From Candidatus Methanoperedenaceae archaeon (GTDB taxonomy: Archaea > Halobacteriota > Methanosarcinia > Methanosarcinales > Methanoperedenaceae), in contig CAVWCX010000004.1 in the NCBI GenBank assembly GCA_963753595.1, forward strand, positions 27,929 through 91,928: DNA of 64,000 nucleotides, read 5' to 3'. Of this stretch, positions 21,099 through 31,039 are shown piece by piece; position 1 is the stretch's first letter; each line of letters opens with the position of its first letter. The translations under genes were made by a program, and so were the position numbers. The notes below the pieces were generated by a model that was given only the letters and a program-made list of their open reading frames with translations, did not search any database and was not told the DNA's origin.

Positions 21099-22235
21099 TC
21101 ATTCCACAAATGGATGACCAGATTTCAATATAACATCAGCTACTTCCGGCCTCATGGAATCGGCTGGCGGTCTCTTTCCGGCTTCTATCATCTGCCTCAT
21201 CTTTGTCCCGCTAAAATCCACCCTGTCCGTATGGGGGCAGACCTTGTCATTGGATATGCCGCCGCACTTGTTGCAATGGAAGAACGACATGAAGAACATT
21301 GGCTCAATACCGATATCGGGGAACTCCTTGAATATTTCCTGCGCTGCGAAAGGATGATAGTAGCTTCCCACGCCTGCATGATCCCTTCCGATGATGAAAT
21401 GGGTGCAGCCATAATTCTTTCTTACAATAGCATGGAATATGGCTTCTCTGGGGCCAGCATAGCGCATCTCTGTCTGGAAAATTCCAAGAACGACCCTGTC
21501 CTTGGGATAATAATTTTCGATCAGGACTTCATAGCTTTCAAGTATTACATCATCCTTGAAATCGCCCTTCTTCTTCTTGCCAATGACAGGATTTATGAAA
21601 AGCCCGTCAACCATCGTAAGCGCTGATTTCTGGAGGTATTCATGGCCAAGGTGCGCAACGTTCCTGGTCTGGAACCCCACTACTTTTTCCCAGCCTTTTT
21701 CCTTGAATAGATTCCTGGTTTCGGCGGGTTTCATCGCATATTTGAAATAAGGTGTTTCTGATTCATTTACCAGGCTTATCTTTCCGCCAAGCAGTGTATC
21801 CTTCATGGAATACGTCTTTGCCACACCCGGATGTGCTGCATCGTTTGTTCCATACACCTGCTCTGCGAATGCTCTTTTATCGTAATTATAGATTTCTTCA
21901 ACCTGCATCACTGCAACGAGATTTGCGTCGTTTTTGAGGAGAATTTCATCTCCTTCTTTTATATCTTTGTTATCGGTGTCAAGAACAATAGGAAGAGTCC
22001 ATGGAAGGCCATTCGAGAGGCGCTTATTGTAGAGTATGCTCTCATAATCTTCCCGTCCATTGAAACCTTCAAGAGGGCTGAAAAGCCCGGAAGCGATATT
22101 TTCAATATCCTTCATCAGGTCAACGCTGACCGGGACGCCCTGGTATTCAGAAGCCTGGTCTATGATCTTTTTTCGTTTTTGTTCGGTTAATGTGCGGTTG
22201 ATTAATTTTCCGCCGTGAGGTTTTATTTGTGTCAT
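21099..22235 (-). CDS. sat: Sulfate adenylyltransferase (homo-oligomeric Sat)
   Basis: PHGG, FQTRNxxHxGH, MRYAGPREA, RKNYGCTHFIIGRDHAG and SGTKMR motifs. Confidence 0.95.
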   Translation of the reverse strand: MTQIKPHGGKLINRTLTEQKRKKIIDQASEYQGVPVSVDLMKDIENIASGLFSPLEGFNGREDYESILYNKRLSNGLPWTLPIVLDTDNKDIKEGDEILLKNDANLVAVMQVEEIYNYDKRAFAEQVYGTNDAAHPGVAKTYSMKDTLLGGKISLVNESETPYFKYAMKPAETRNLFKEKGWEKVVGFQTRNVAHLGHEYLQKSALTMVDGLFINPVIGKKKKGDFKDDVILESYEVLIENYYPKDRVVLGIFQTEMRYAGPREAIFHAIVRKNYGCTHFIIGRDHAGVGSYYHPFAAQEIFKEFPDIGIEPMFFMSFFHCNKCGGISNDKVCPHTDRVDFSGTKMRQMIEAGKRPPADSMRPEVADVILKSGHPFVE

Positions 22236-22320
22236 TGTAATCCCAGATTTCCTCCCAGATTGAATTGCTTCGTAATAATTGTTTGTGAGAATGAATATGA
22301 GATGCTCTTTCCTATGCGTT

Positions 22321-22476
22321 GAAAAACCACAGAGTCAGCTATGAACTGCGGTTCCTAAATGAATATTGAAAAAACAACGAACAAAAACGAACTGAAACGA
22401 ACTCCGGTGGCGTGAGTTCGTTTGGTTCGTACGAGTTCGTTGTTAATTTTCATACCAGGGCGCAGAGGACACAAAG
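22321..22476. repeat. Second cluster of periodic palindromic repeats
   Basis: 22373-22458 is a near-identical reverse complement of about 14442-14527. It is flanked by AACCACAGAG and CGCAGAGGACACAAAG units. Confidence 0.88.
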
Positions 22477-22594
22477 AAAACACCATCATGGATTCCCTCC
22501 CGGTACAGCAAGCAAATAATGTGCCAGCGCAACCATCAAAGCTATGAAACTAATAATGAGAAAAGTTTCTGAGACCTTAAGAAACCCACGTTTC

Positions 22595-22786
22595 CTACCT
22601 ACTATTTCTTCGAACGTCTCTTTTGAGGCGCTGCAAACCTTCGATTACTTTTAGCTCGCCTGTGCGCAGTTCAAATGTTTGCGCTGCTATGGCATTTCCT
22701 TTGTCCATAACTTTTGCACTAAAATGATTTGGCGACTCCCCGGATAACTGAATTTCGAAATCCCTGTAATTCAATGACAACACCAT
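22595..22786 (-). pseudogene. N-terminal fragment of a larger protein (resembles the N-termini of CHAT-domain proteins)
   Basis: Starts YRDFEIQL...FSAKV and ends after 63 aa. The family assignment is tentative. Confidence 0.4.
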
Positions 22787-22830
22787 CGAATGATGATGGT
22801 TTACATGATTGAATGATATTATAAGCTTTC

Positions 22831-23181
22831 TTATGTTTTTCTTGTTTTATCTTCAATGAAATTAAGTAAATCTGTAAGATTTACGTCTTCACCTGACAAA
22901 ATATCATTTCCATCATGCACATGGTGTGGAAAATTCACTAAATCCTTATGGTGGGGTGCATTATCCCATCTTCTGATAATCTTTCCATCTTTTTGCCAGT
23001 GGTACGAATATTCCCTCCAGTTTTCACCTATAGCTTCATTCACAAAAAGAGTGGAACCGTCTTTTAAAGTAGCGTTTGCTTTGATTAATTCGATCTCCGG
23101 ATCAACAAGTGTTTTTACGATTCGCAATTCATCTACAAGAATGTGGTTTCTCAGAATAGCTATGGTTCTGGCTACAACCAT
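22831..23181 (-). CDS. DUF6516 (TumE-like) putative toxin
   Basis: YSYHWQ...RWDNAPHH...PHHVH signature. Confidence 0.8.
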   Translation of the reverse strand: MVVARTIAILRNHILVDELRIVKTLVDPEIELIKANATLKDGSTLFVNEAIGENWREYSYHWQKDGKIIRRWDNAPHHKDLVNFPHHVHDGNDILSGEDVNLTDLLNFIEDKTRKT

Positions 23182-23489
23182 TGAGAGGACTCCTCATGAA
23201 TGGATTTCCAGTAATGATATGATTTATAATACGCTTTCCATTCAATATAGTCGTCCCATTTCTCAAAGTCTTCTTTAACTGCTGATTCTATCTGTTTTTC
23301 AAAATCCTCAAATGTAATCCCATATTTTTTTTCAAATCCCTGTGTAGTATTTTCAGTTTCTTTCATTTTGGACAGGCTCATATCATGCACTATATTTATG
23401 AGTGCAGATTTCTCATTTTTATATATGCCATGGCGCACCAGACCTGATATTGGGCTCCAGACATCTTTGGGAATTTCTACGGTTTCCAT
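23172..23489 (-). CDS. Putative antitoxin paired with the DUF6516 toxin
   Basis: FEKKYGITFEDF...DYIEW pattern; overlaps the toxin gene by 10 bp. Confidence 0.7.
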   Translation of the reverse strand: METVEIPKDVWSPISGLVRHGIYKNEKSALINIVHDMSLSKMKETENTTQGFEKKYGITFEDFEKQIESAVKEDFEKWDDYIEWKAYYKSYHYWKSIHEESSQWL

Positions 23490-23560
23490 GATTGATCAGC
23501 TTTTATAAGAGATACTATTTATTTTCTATTGGATAATACTATTGTTGGTCAAAAAAATCA

Positions 23561-23591
23561 AAAAAACTCATAGCCCACTATACAGTGGGCT
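23561..23591 (-). terminator. Hairpin + T-tract terminator after the APS reductase gene
   Basis: AGCCCACT-gtat-AGTGGGCT followed by a T run on the minus strand. Confidence 0.55.
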
Positions 23592-23598
23592 CGCTCTT

Positions 23599-24318
23599 TT
23601 ATTTCTTCACATTCCCCGCATGCAGCCCGCATTCCTTCTTCGTTGCATCTTCCCACCACCAGCGCCCTTCGCGCTCATGCTGGCCCGGAAGCACAGGTTT
23701 TGTGCAAGGTTCGCATCCGATGCTAATGAATCCTTTTTCATGCAGTTTATTATAAGGAACATTATTTTCCCGTATGTAATCCCAGACCTGCTTTGAAGTC
23801 CAGTTAGCGATAGGGTTGAATTTTACCAGGTTCCCTGTTCCGAAGGTCGGGTCTTTCTGTATGACAGGAACATTTGCTCTCGTTCCGGGACTCTGGTCTT
23901 TTCGCTGTCCTGTTATCCATGCATCCACTGTATTCAGGGCGCGCTTTAACGGGTCAACTTTACGCGCATCGCAGCATTCCTTGTGACCATCCTGGTAAAA
24001 TGAATACAATCCTTTTTCTTTCACAAGTTTTTCAGTTGCATCGCGGTTTGCGAAAAATACTTCTACCGGGATATTATAGGTCTTCCGGACCTCTTCGATG
24101 AACTGGTATGTCTCAGGATGAAGGCGCCCGGTATCAAGCGAAAATACCCTGAAATCATTACTGATCTTTTTTGCCATGTCGATCAGAACAACATCCTCCG
24201 CCCCGCTAAAGGATATTGCGATGTTCTTGAAATTATTAAGCGCCAGCTCAAGGATTTCCTGGGGCGTCTTATTCTCATAATCTTTTGCAGATCTTTCAAT
24301 ATTAAGTTTTTCTGACAT
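23599..24318 (-). CDS. cysH: Thioredoxin-dependent APS/PAPS reductase, Fe-S (APS-using) type
   Basis: SFSGAED, LDTGRL, CC...[13 protein letters not shown] and C-terminal ECGLH motifs. Confidence 0.92.
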   Translation of the reverse strand: MSEKLNIERSAKDYENKTPQEILELALNNFKNIAISFSGAEDVVLIDMAKKISNDFRVFSLDTGRLHPETYQFIEEVRKTYNIPVEVFFANRDATEKLVKEKGLYSFYQDGHKECCDARKVDPLKRALNTVDAWITGQRKDQSPGTRANVPVIQKDPTFGTGNLVKFNPIANWTSKQVWDYIRENNVPYNKLHEKGFISIGCEPCTKPVLPGQHEREGRWWWEDATKKECGLHAGNVKK

Positions 24319-24325
24319 TTTTTCA

Positions 24326-25183
24326 CTATCCTAAGATATCTTTACTGAAGTTCTCGAACCCCACACGTTCTATGCAATCCCCGAATCGCTCGCCGATTTT
24401 TGTATTCTTCTTTGACCAGTTGATGATATTTCGGAATATTTCCACCGCTTCCTGTGGGGATTTCGCATTGGTCAATTCTTTCCCGAGCAGGGGGTGCCTT
24501 CCGATTTTTCCGCCCACAAATATCTTATAGCCTTTCCACTCCTCTGTTATGAGGTCTGATGGGCATGCGCCCACACAGGCTCCGCACAAATTGCATTTAT
24601 CCCAGAGTATTTTCACTTTATCGTTTTCAAGAACGATGGCTTTTTCAGGGCACATGAAAGTGCATGTTCCGCATCCGGTGCATGCATCGATGTCTATGAC
24701 AGGCCTTGATACGCCCATTACCCCCAGATCATTCTCCTGCGGTTTTGCACAGGCATTAGGGCATCCTGTAACTGCGAACTTGATCTTGACCGGCATGTCC
24801 TCACCAAAGAACTCCTTATCCAGCAGTCCTCCCATACCATATGTATCTATGATGCCGTAATTGCATTCCAAATTTCCAGGGCAGGAGATAATGTTTCTCA
24901 CCCTCGGTCCGCATGATCCCGGAGGGGTTCCGTTATCTTCCAGTTCTTTCGTGATGGCGTCAAGATTATGGACATCCACATCCGGTATCTGCATTCCCTG
25001 GCGCGTGGTGATATGTATGTATCCGGTTCCATATTTTTGGGCTATACGGGTTATGCCGGTAAGCTGATCGCAGGTTACATTGCCGCATGGCATGCGAAGC
25101 CTGACAACGAAAAGATCTTTCTGGCGTTGCTTCATGTAACCGGATTTTTTTAAAGTTGCTATGTCAAGTTTTTCTAGGGTCAT
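24326..25183 (-). CDS. Small siroheme sulfite-reductase-like protein (Dsr-LP/AsrC-like) with ferredoxin domain
   Basis: TTRQ, CPGNLEC...TGCPNAC (Cx5C...Cx3C), two 4Fe-4S motifs, and GERFGD. Confidence 0.88.
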   Translation of the reverse strand: MTLEKLDIATLKKSGYMKQRQKDLFVVRLRMPCGNVTCDQLTGITRIAQKYGTGYIHITTRQGMQIPDVDVHNLDAITKELEDNGTPPGSCGPRVRNIISCPGNLECNYGIIDTYGMGGLLDKEFFGEDMPVKIKFAVTGCPNACAKPQENDLGVMGVSRPVIDIDACTGCGTCTFMCPEKAIVLENDKVKILWDKCNLCGACVGACPSDLITEEWKGYKIFVGGKIGRHPLLGKELTNAKSPQEAVEIFRNIINWSKKNTKIGERFGDCIERVGFENFSKDILG

Positions 25184-25281
25184 GGTTCACCTTGATATAA
25201 AGTTGATATTTAAATAATCTGGGTGTTAAACTTGCAAGATCAAAATATAACTGATGAATGCGGCAATATTTGACTGGATAA

Positions 25282-26211
25282 TTAACTCAAAGCATTCAGG
25301 GATACGATCCCAGACTTTACAGCTTCTGCAGATATATCCAGGGCTTTTTTCTCCTCACCTGTCAGTTCAAGTTCAAGGATATCTTCAATACCGATGCTTC
25401 CGAGTTTGACAGGAACGCCAAGATATATGTCTTTTTTGCCATACTCCCCGCTCAAATAAGCACATGCCGGAAGAATGCGCTTTGTATCTTTTATCACAGC
25501 TTCAACCATATTTGTCACAGCTGCGGATGGGGCATAGAATGCACTGCCGGTCTTGAGAAGGTTAACGATCTCAGCTCCACCGTTTATCGTTCGGTCAACA
25601 AGCTGCTTTATAGTTGATTCCTGCATAAGTTCTGTGATCGGGACACCTGAAACCGTCGTAAATCGGGGTAGAGGTACCATGGTATCCCCGTGCCCTCCCA
25701 GGACCATCGCATTAATATCCCGCACCGAGCAGCCAAGTTCAAGCGCAATAAATGTGGCAAACCTGCCCGCATCAAGTACACCGCTCATCCCGAAGACCCG
25801 GTGTGGTTCAAAACCTGTGGTTTTCATGGACACATACGTCATTATATCAAGCGGGTTCGTGACAGTGATTACCACAGAATCCGGTGCATAACGTTTGATA
25901 TTCTGTGAGACATCGGTTATTATTTTAGTATTTATTTTCAGAAGGTCTTCCCTTGTCATTCCAGGTTTTCTTGCTATTCCGGCAGTAATGACAACTACAT
26001 CCGATCCCTCGATATCCCTGTAGTCGTTCGTTCCGATAATATTTGAATCATAACCCAAAAGTGGCCCAGCTTCCAGAATGTCAAGAGCTTTACCCTGGGG
26101 CAGCCCTTCAACTATATCAGTCATTACTACATCCCCGAGTTCTTTTTCTGCAATTCTTTGCGCAGTCGTTGCACCGACCGCTCCTGCTCCGATAATTGTG
26201 ATTTTTGGCAT
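25282..26211 (-). CDS. mdh: Malate dehydrogenase (LDH-like)
   Basis: GAGAVG, ARKPGMTREDL, NPLD, LDAGR and GGHGD motifs. Confidence 0.93.
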   Translation of the reverse strand: MPKITIIGAGAVGATTAQRIAEKELGDVVMTDIVEGLPQGKALDILEAGPLLGYDSNIIGTNDYRDIEGSDVVVITAGIARKPGMTREDLLKINTKIITDVSQNIKRYAPDSVVITVTNPLDIMTYVSMKTTGFEPHRVFGMSGVLDAGRFATFIALELGCSVRDINAMVLGGHGDTMVPLPRFTTVSGVPITELMQESTIKQLVDRTINGGAEIVNLLKTGSAFYAPSAAVTNMVEAVIKDTKRILPACAYLSGEYGKKDIYLGVPVKLGSIGIEDILELELTGEEKKALDISAEAVKSGIVSLNALS

Positions 26212-26301
26212 GTATGTTCACCTTGATTTTTTTTGTATGAAGGTGGTTAATTGACGATAATAGTTATGCACGTATTTTGACGCAAAGGATATATTGACAG
26301 A

Positions 26302-26760
26302 ATGCATAACAAATCCCTGATGAAAAATTTAATCCCTGTAATATTTATTATTTTATTATTGTTCTCACTTCTCCCATTGTCCGTGGGGTCGCAAGGCACC
26401 CGTACTTTTGAGATATCATCACTAACAATAAAATTCGATAAAACAGATGCTGAATTTATAGTAAATTATGACCTTGGTGCTATTCCAAAAATGTATATTC
26501 TTTTGATGGGAGGAAGAAGCATCGAGCCAAAGATGAAAGAAATCTTCTCTAATTTAGATTATGAGGTCATAAAAATGGATCAGGATAAGGCAATTCTGCA
26601 TGTAAAAAACGTCTCAAGATTTGAAAAAGGTTATTATTTACATGATTCGATCAGTTTAGGGACACAAATAAAAACGATCATTGTTTACATTCCCGAAGAC
26701 TCCCGCCCCACTGAATATGTTGGCCTTAATGCCACACCCAACAAATTCTACAGTCAGTGA
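26302..26760 (+). CDS. Hypothetical secreted protein
   Basis: N-terminal signal peptide; 152 aa. Confidence 0.65.
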   Translation: MHNKSLMKNLIPVIFIILLLFSLLPLSVGSQGTRTFEISSLTIKFDKTDAEFIVNYDLGAIPKMYILLMGGRSIEPKMKEIFSNLDYEVIKMDQDKAILHVKNVSRFEKGYYLHDSISLGTQIKTIIVYIPEDSRPTEYVGLNATPNKFYSQ

Positions 26761-27191
26761 TCCTTCTTTTTCTTAAAGACAGATGGCAAATTAACGATAT
26801 ATGTACCATCTTCTTTGAGCGCCATGACAATTTCCTTCCTTTCAAGCAGCGATTCAAGATTTAATTCATACTGACCTGGTGATAATATCCTGATCGATTC
26901 GATCCTGTCCCCTATCTCTTTTGGCGCAGTTTCAGGTTTCGGCTCATTTTTTAATTCGGTTTTTTCTTCCTTAATACCCAGTATCTCATCGATTTCTCTT
27001 ATAAAATTCGAGGCTTCGGGTGATATCTGGCCTGTGTTTGCCACAGTCCCGATTTTTACAACTGGTCCCGAACCAGGTGAGTCATCTCTCACATAAAGGA
27101 ATTTATTCCAGCCGCATTTCGGGCAGCCATTCAATATTATGGCTGCACCGTCCTTGAATATGCTCTCGCATCTTGTGCATTTGTGTGGCAT
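26754..27191 (-). CDS. oapC: Zn-ribbon protein, DUF2072 (OapC-like)
   Basis: MPHKCTRC...GCPKCG and IESIRILSPGQYELNL. Confidence 0.85.
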   Translation of the reverse strand: MPHKCTRCESIFKDGAAIILNGCPKCGWNKFLYVRDDSPGSGPVVKIGTVANTGQISPEASNFIREIDEILGIKEEKTELKNEPKPETAPKEIGDRIESIRILSPGQYELNLESLLERKEIVMALKEDGTYIVNLPSVFKKKKDH

Positions 27192-27194
27192 AAT

Positions 27195-27575
27195 TTATGG
27201 TGAGACTAATGCACTTATTAAATCCCGATCTTTCTTAATTGTTTTTAATTGTGCTGCAGGGCCTATAACCGTAAGCCGTGTCTTGAGAGTTGTCTTTCCA
27301 AATATCTTATTCAGGAAATTTTCGTTTTGTTTTACCGGATAACTCTCGATCTCGATTCCTGAAAAATCATCCGGTTCTATCTCTGCCATTGTCAGTTCAA
27401 TGAGTTTTGTCTGTTCGCTGGGAGTGAGCCCTTTTTCAAGTATGAGTATCTTTCCGCTTCGCACTTCGTCAAGAATCAACCTCACTTTTTCCATGGAAGT
27501 CATGCCATCAAGCTTTTCTTCCGATATTAAATCCATCTGAATTCCTTTCATATGATCACCCGAAATGCTCTGCAA
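27195..27575 (-). CDS. oapB: DUF2073 protein (OapB-like)
   Basis: SMEKVRLILD, GLTPSE, FSGIEIESYP and LTVIGPA motifs. Confidence 0.85.
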   Translation of the reverse strand: MQSISGDHMKGIQMDLISEEKLDGMTSMEKVRLILDEVRSGKILILEKGLTPSEQTKLIELTMAEIEPDDFSGIEIESYPVKQNENFLNKIFGKTTLKTRLTVIGPAAQLKTIKKDRDLISALVSP

Positions 27576-28188
27576 TTTCTTTATACAATAAATCTATGTT
27601 TTTCCCTTCAAGAGCGGATATGGGAACAAGCGGATGCTGCGGAAAAGCGCTTTGTATCCTTGCCGGTGATGAATTTGGAAGGTCTATCTTATTTGCTGCT
27701 ATCAATATGGGAAGTTTCCGAGCTTCAAAATTCCCGATTATGACCACATTCACCTGGGTATACGGATCTTCAGTTGCATCCATTACCAGTATTACACCGT
27801 CTAAGTCCTCAAGCCATTTTACCGATTCCATTACGCCTTCGGTTGCTTCTTTGGCGCGTCGTTTCGACTCCTCCTCCGGGAGCCCGAAAGTCATGAAATC
27901 GTGAAAATCGATCTTTGTAGCAATTCCCGGCGTATCTATAATATCCAGTGTTACGGAAGAACCGTTACTCACTATGGTAACATCTTCACGCCTTCTTGCT
28001 CTTCTTGTCTCATGCGGAATATGGGATACAGAACCCATGGCATCCCCGGTCCAATCCCTGACGATCCTGTTAGCGAGTGTGGTTTTGCCCGCATTGGGAG
28101 GTCCATATATTCCGATTTTCGCCTTTTTTTTCTTAAATAGTCTTTTCAACCAGGAAAAATTAAGTCCCAGCCTTTTTATTATGCCCAT
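27556..28188 (-). CDS. oapA: Era-like GTP-binding protein (OapA-like)
   Basis: GPPNAGKTT, PHETR, DTPG, NKID and ISAL motifs. Confidence 0.88.
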   Translation of the reverse strand: MGIIKRLGLNFSWLKRLFKKKKAKIGIYGPPNAGKTTLANRIVRDWTGDAMGSVSHIPHETRRARRREDVTIVSNGSSVTLDIIDTPGIATKIDFHDFMTFGLPEEESKRRAKEATEGVMESVKWLEDLDGVILVMDATEDPYTQVNVVIIGNFEARKLPILIAANKIDLPNSSPARIQSAFPQHPLVPISALEGKNIDLLYKEIAEHFG

Positions 28189-28236
28189 AGTTTTGCCTCA
28201 CTGTCTAATAGAAGTTCCCTCTTTTTTAGTTTTCCC

Positions 28237-29637
28237 TTAGAATTCCGACAATTTCAATTGCCTCTTTATGCATTTCTCTCCCGGGATCTCAACCGGATAT
28301 ATCCCGCTCAAACACCCCAGGCATAGATCATCCATCGGGATCCCTATGGATTCCACAAGTCCATCAATACTTAAATATCCCAGAGAATCTGCATTTATTA
28401 AGGCCTCAACGCCTTTTACTGCCTTGTGTGCTGCAATAAGTTCTTCACGAGTTGCCATATCGATCCCCAGATAACAAGGAGAAATTATAGGGGGGCTTGC
28501 CACTCGCATATGTACTTCCCTTGTCCCTGATTTGCGGATCATATCTATTATTCGGCGCGAAGTTGTTCCGCGCACAATGCTGTCATCCACGAGAACGATG
28601 CTTTTACCATCAATATTGGGTTTAATGGTATTTAGTTTCAGCCGGACGGCCGTTTCTCTCATATCCTGCCCGGGCATAATGAATGTCCGGCCTATGTAGC
28701 GGTTCTTCATAAGCCCTTCCATATAATCCATGCCTGATTTCTTTGAGTAACCGATCGCATATGTAATTCCGGAATCAGGAACAGGCGAAACGATATCCGC
28801 TATGGCCGGATGCTCTTTAAAAAGCATCTCTCCGATTCGCATCCTCACATTATAAACAAGCTGGCCATCTATGACTGAATCCGGCCGTGCGAAATAAATA
28901 TATTCAAAGACACAATGTGCAGTATTTTTTGATTTTACCAGCTGATGGCTTTCGTAGGTCCCATTGCTGAAAACAAGCATCTCGCCAGGAGCTACATCAC
29001 GTATCAGCTGCCCGTTCAAAATATCAATGGCAACACTCTCGGACGCCACTACATAACCATTATCGAGAGATCCAAAACAAAGGGGTTTTATGCCAAGCGG
29101 GTCACGAATAACAACGATCGTTTTATCTATCAGGATAGCAAGTGAATATGAACCAACAAGCTGTTTTATTACATTTTTAACGGCATCTTTAAGCTCGTTG
29201 TGCATCAGTTCTTTCACAAGAAGATGAGCTATGACTTCTGTGTCCGATTCTGATAAAAATATCCTTCCTTCCTTTTCAAGCCCGGTCCTCAATTCTTTTG
29301 AGTTTACAAGGTTACCATTATGAGCGATAGCTATGGTCCCGCTCTTAAAACTTACAAGAAGAGGCTGGCAATTCTCGATCTTTGAACTGCCTGTGGTTGA
29401 ATATCGGACATGCCCTATCCCTACATGACCTTTAAGTTTCTGTATATCTGCCCTGTTAAAAACATCAGGCACAAGACCCATACCTTTTAAGGTGCGGACC
29501 TGGCTGCCATCATGAACAGTTATTCCTGCGGATTCCTGTCCCCTGTGCTGGAGAGCAAAAAGTGCATAGTAGATTGACAGTGCGGCAGATGTCTCCTCTT
29601 TAAAAGAGACACCGATTATACCGCATTCTTCATGCAA
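28237..29637 (-). CDS. purF: Amidophosphoribosyltransferase
   Basis: EECG, LQHRGQE, GHVRYST, EYIYFARPDS and VDDSIVRGTT motifs. Confidence 0.96.
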   Translation of the reverse strand: MHEECGIIGVSFKEETSAALSIYYALFALQHRGQESAGITVHDGSQVRTLKGMGLVPDVFNRADIQKLKGHVGIGHVRYSTTGSSKIENCQPLLVSFKSGTIAIAHNGNLVNSKELRTGLEKEGRIFLSESDTEVIAHLLVKELMHNELKDAVKNVIKQLVGSYSLAILIDKTIVVIRDPLGIKPLCFGSLDNGYVVASESVAIDILNGQLIRDVAPGEMLVFSNGTYESHQLVKSKNTAHCVFEYIYFARPDSVIDGQLVYNVRMRIGEMLFKEHPAIADIVSPVPDSGITYAIGYSKKSGMDYMEGLMKNRYIGRTFIMPGQDMRETAVRLKLNTIKPNIDGKSIVLVDDSIVRGTTSRRIIDMIRKSGTREVHMRVASPPIISPCYLGIDMATREELIAAHKAVKGVEALINADSLGYLSIDGLVESIGIPMDDLCLGCLSGIYPVEIPGEKCIKRQLKLSEF

Positions 29638-29648
29638 CCGTAGTCACC

Positions 29649-29819
29649 TTAATAACCGCATTTTTCTTGCCATTTGTAGGATCTCATGTGTGCGGTCTTA
29701 CCAAAACCACACGCTGCGCACATTTTTGTGTGCGTGTTCATTGATGCTTTCCCGCATCTTCTGCATATTACATGTGTTTTCTTCTGATTCTTACCGAATG
29801 AAGGCGTACCTTTTGACAT
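29649..29819 (-). CDS. rpl37e: 50S ribosomal protein L37e (missing from the ORF track)
   Basis: Translates to [24 protein letters not shown]...CAACGFG...RSYKW; lies directly downstream of Sm, the conserved archaeal arrangement. Confidence 0.95.
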   Translation of the reverse strand: MSKGTPSFGKNQKKTHVICRRCGKASMNTHTKMCAACGFGKTAHMRSYKWQEKCGY

Positions 29820-29840
29820 ATTTTAATCACCTTTTAAATC

Positions 29841-30056
29841 TTATGGGGAAATAAATACTATGTTATCTCCGCGTACAACTGCTGTTCCAAGTTTTTTCGT
29901 TCCGTTCTCTTTTATTTCCTCGGCATTAGCCAGGACGATATTCATGTGGATATCATATCCCTGTAATTCGCCTCTGAACTCTCTCTGGCCTTTTAACCGT
30001 ATCAATACTGACTTATTTAACGCATTGTTTAGAATGTCGAGGGGTCTGTTTCCCAT
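29841..30056 (-). CDS. Sm-like archaeal protein (SmAP/Lsm)
   Basis: RPLD...[13 protein letters not shown]...[11 protein letters not shown]. Confidence 0.95.
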   Translation of the reverse strand: MGNRPLDILNNALNKSVLIRLKGQREFRGELQGYDIHMNIVLANAEEIKENGTKKLGTAVVRGDNIVFISP

Positions 30057-30139
30057 AAAAACGCTCCTAATATTAATAAACCATTAATTCAATAGTGCAC
30101 CAAAGTAGTTCGTACAATATTTAAAACTATTGGTGAGCC

Positions 30140-30622
30140 ATGAAAATTAAGTCAAGGAATGTATTAAGAAAGACCGATCAGAAAGCTCTTGTAAGTGATA
30201 TTGTCGAGGCATTTGGTGATGCATCATCATTTGAGAGCAGGAAGCTTGAATATGTCGAAAGTGACGGGCAGGATTTCATTTTCGTGGATGGAGAACCCCT
30301 TTTATTTAAGATAGACGGAAAAATATTTCCTACTGTAAAAGGCGCCCTTAAATTAAACCCGACACGCCGCAGAGTCCTGGTTGATCCAGGTGCTGTGAGG
30401 TTTATCATAAACGGGGCTGATACGATGAGCCCGGGAATTGTTGAAGCAGACCCCGCTATAAACGTAGGCGATCTTGTTATCATCGTTGAGAAAGCACATG
30501 GGAAAGCGATCGGTATAGGAAGGGCCCTTATGTCAGGAAAAGAAATGGTCGGGGGAAAAGGAAAGGCAGTAAAGTCCATTCATTATGTAGGGGATGAGCT
30601 CTGGAACCTTGAACAGAAATAA
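30140..30622 (+). CDS. PUA-domain RNA-binding protein (MCT-1/Tma20-like)
   Basis: VDPGAVRFIINGADTMSPGI and HYVGDELW motifs. Confidence 0.88.
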   Translation: MKIKSRNVLRKTDQKALVSDIVEAFGDASSFESRKLEYVESDGQDFIFVDGEPLLFKIDGKIFPTVKGALKLNPTRRRVLVDPGAVRFIINGADTMSPGIVEADPAINVGDLVIIVEKAHGKAIGIGRALMSGKEMVGGKGKAVKSIHYVGDELWNLEQK

Positions 30623-30670
30623 ATAAATAGATACAAACAGTAAGGAGTACAAAGTAAAGGTGATTATTTC

Positions 30671-31039
30671 ATGGGTAAATTTATAGATAATCTTTTTGGC
30701 AGCGGGAAGAAGACGAAATCAGATGCGGATGAATATCAGGAACTTGATCTTTCAGAATATGAAGAGGGTTTTCAGGGCGAAACAGCCAACACTTATATTA
30801 AAATCGCTGAATTGTCAGGACTTGAAATGATGCCTGAATTAAAAAAACAAATTTATGAGGGCAATATCCTTATGATCGATGTCTCGCCTGCAAAAAAAGA
30901 TAAATTGATTTTTGACAGGGCGATCAAAGACTTAAAAGCAGTTGTCAATGACGTCCATGGTGATATTGCAATGATCAAGGAAGACCAGGTAATCGTAACG
31001 CCTCGCGGCATGCGTATAGACAGACAAAAATTAAAGTGA
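30671..31039 (+). CDS. sepF: Cell division protein SepF
   Basis: GNILMID, GDIA and VIVTPRGMRIDR; typical archaeal context. Confidence 0.85.
   Translation: MGKFIDNLFGSGKKTKSDADEYQELDLSEYEEGFQGETANTYIKIAELSGLEMMPELKKQIYEGNILMIDVSPAKKDKLIFDRAIKDLKAVVNDVHGDIAMIKEDQVIVTPRGMRIDRQKLK

Noticed and set aside
21075-21626. Antisense shadow ORFs (this one and many others, e.g. 41436-41990, 47748-48359, 49683-50264)
   Set aside because: They lie opposite well-supported genes and carry no recognisable motifs.
26754-28188. Replication origin next to oapABC
   Set aside because: There is no cdc6/orc1, no ORB repeats and no sizeable intergenic gap; purF is directly upstream.
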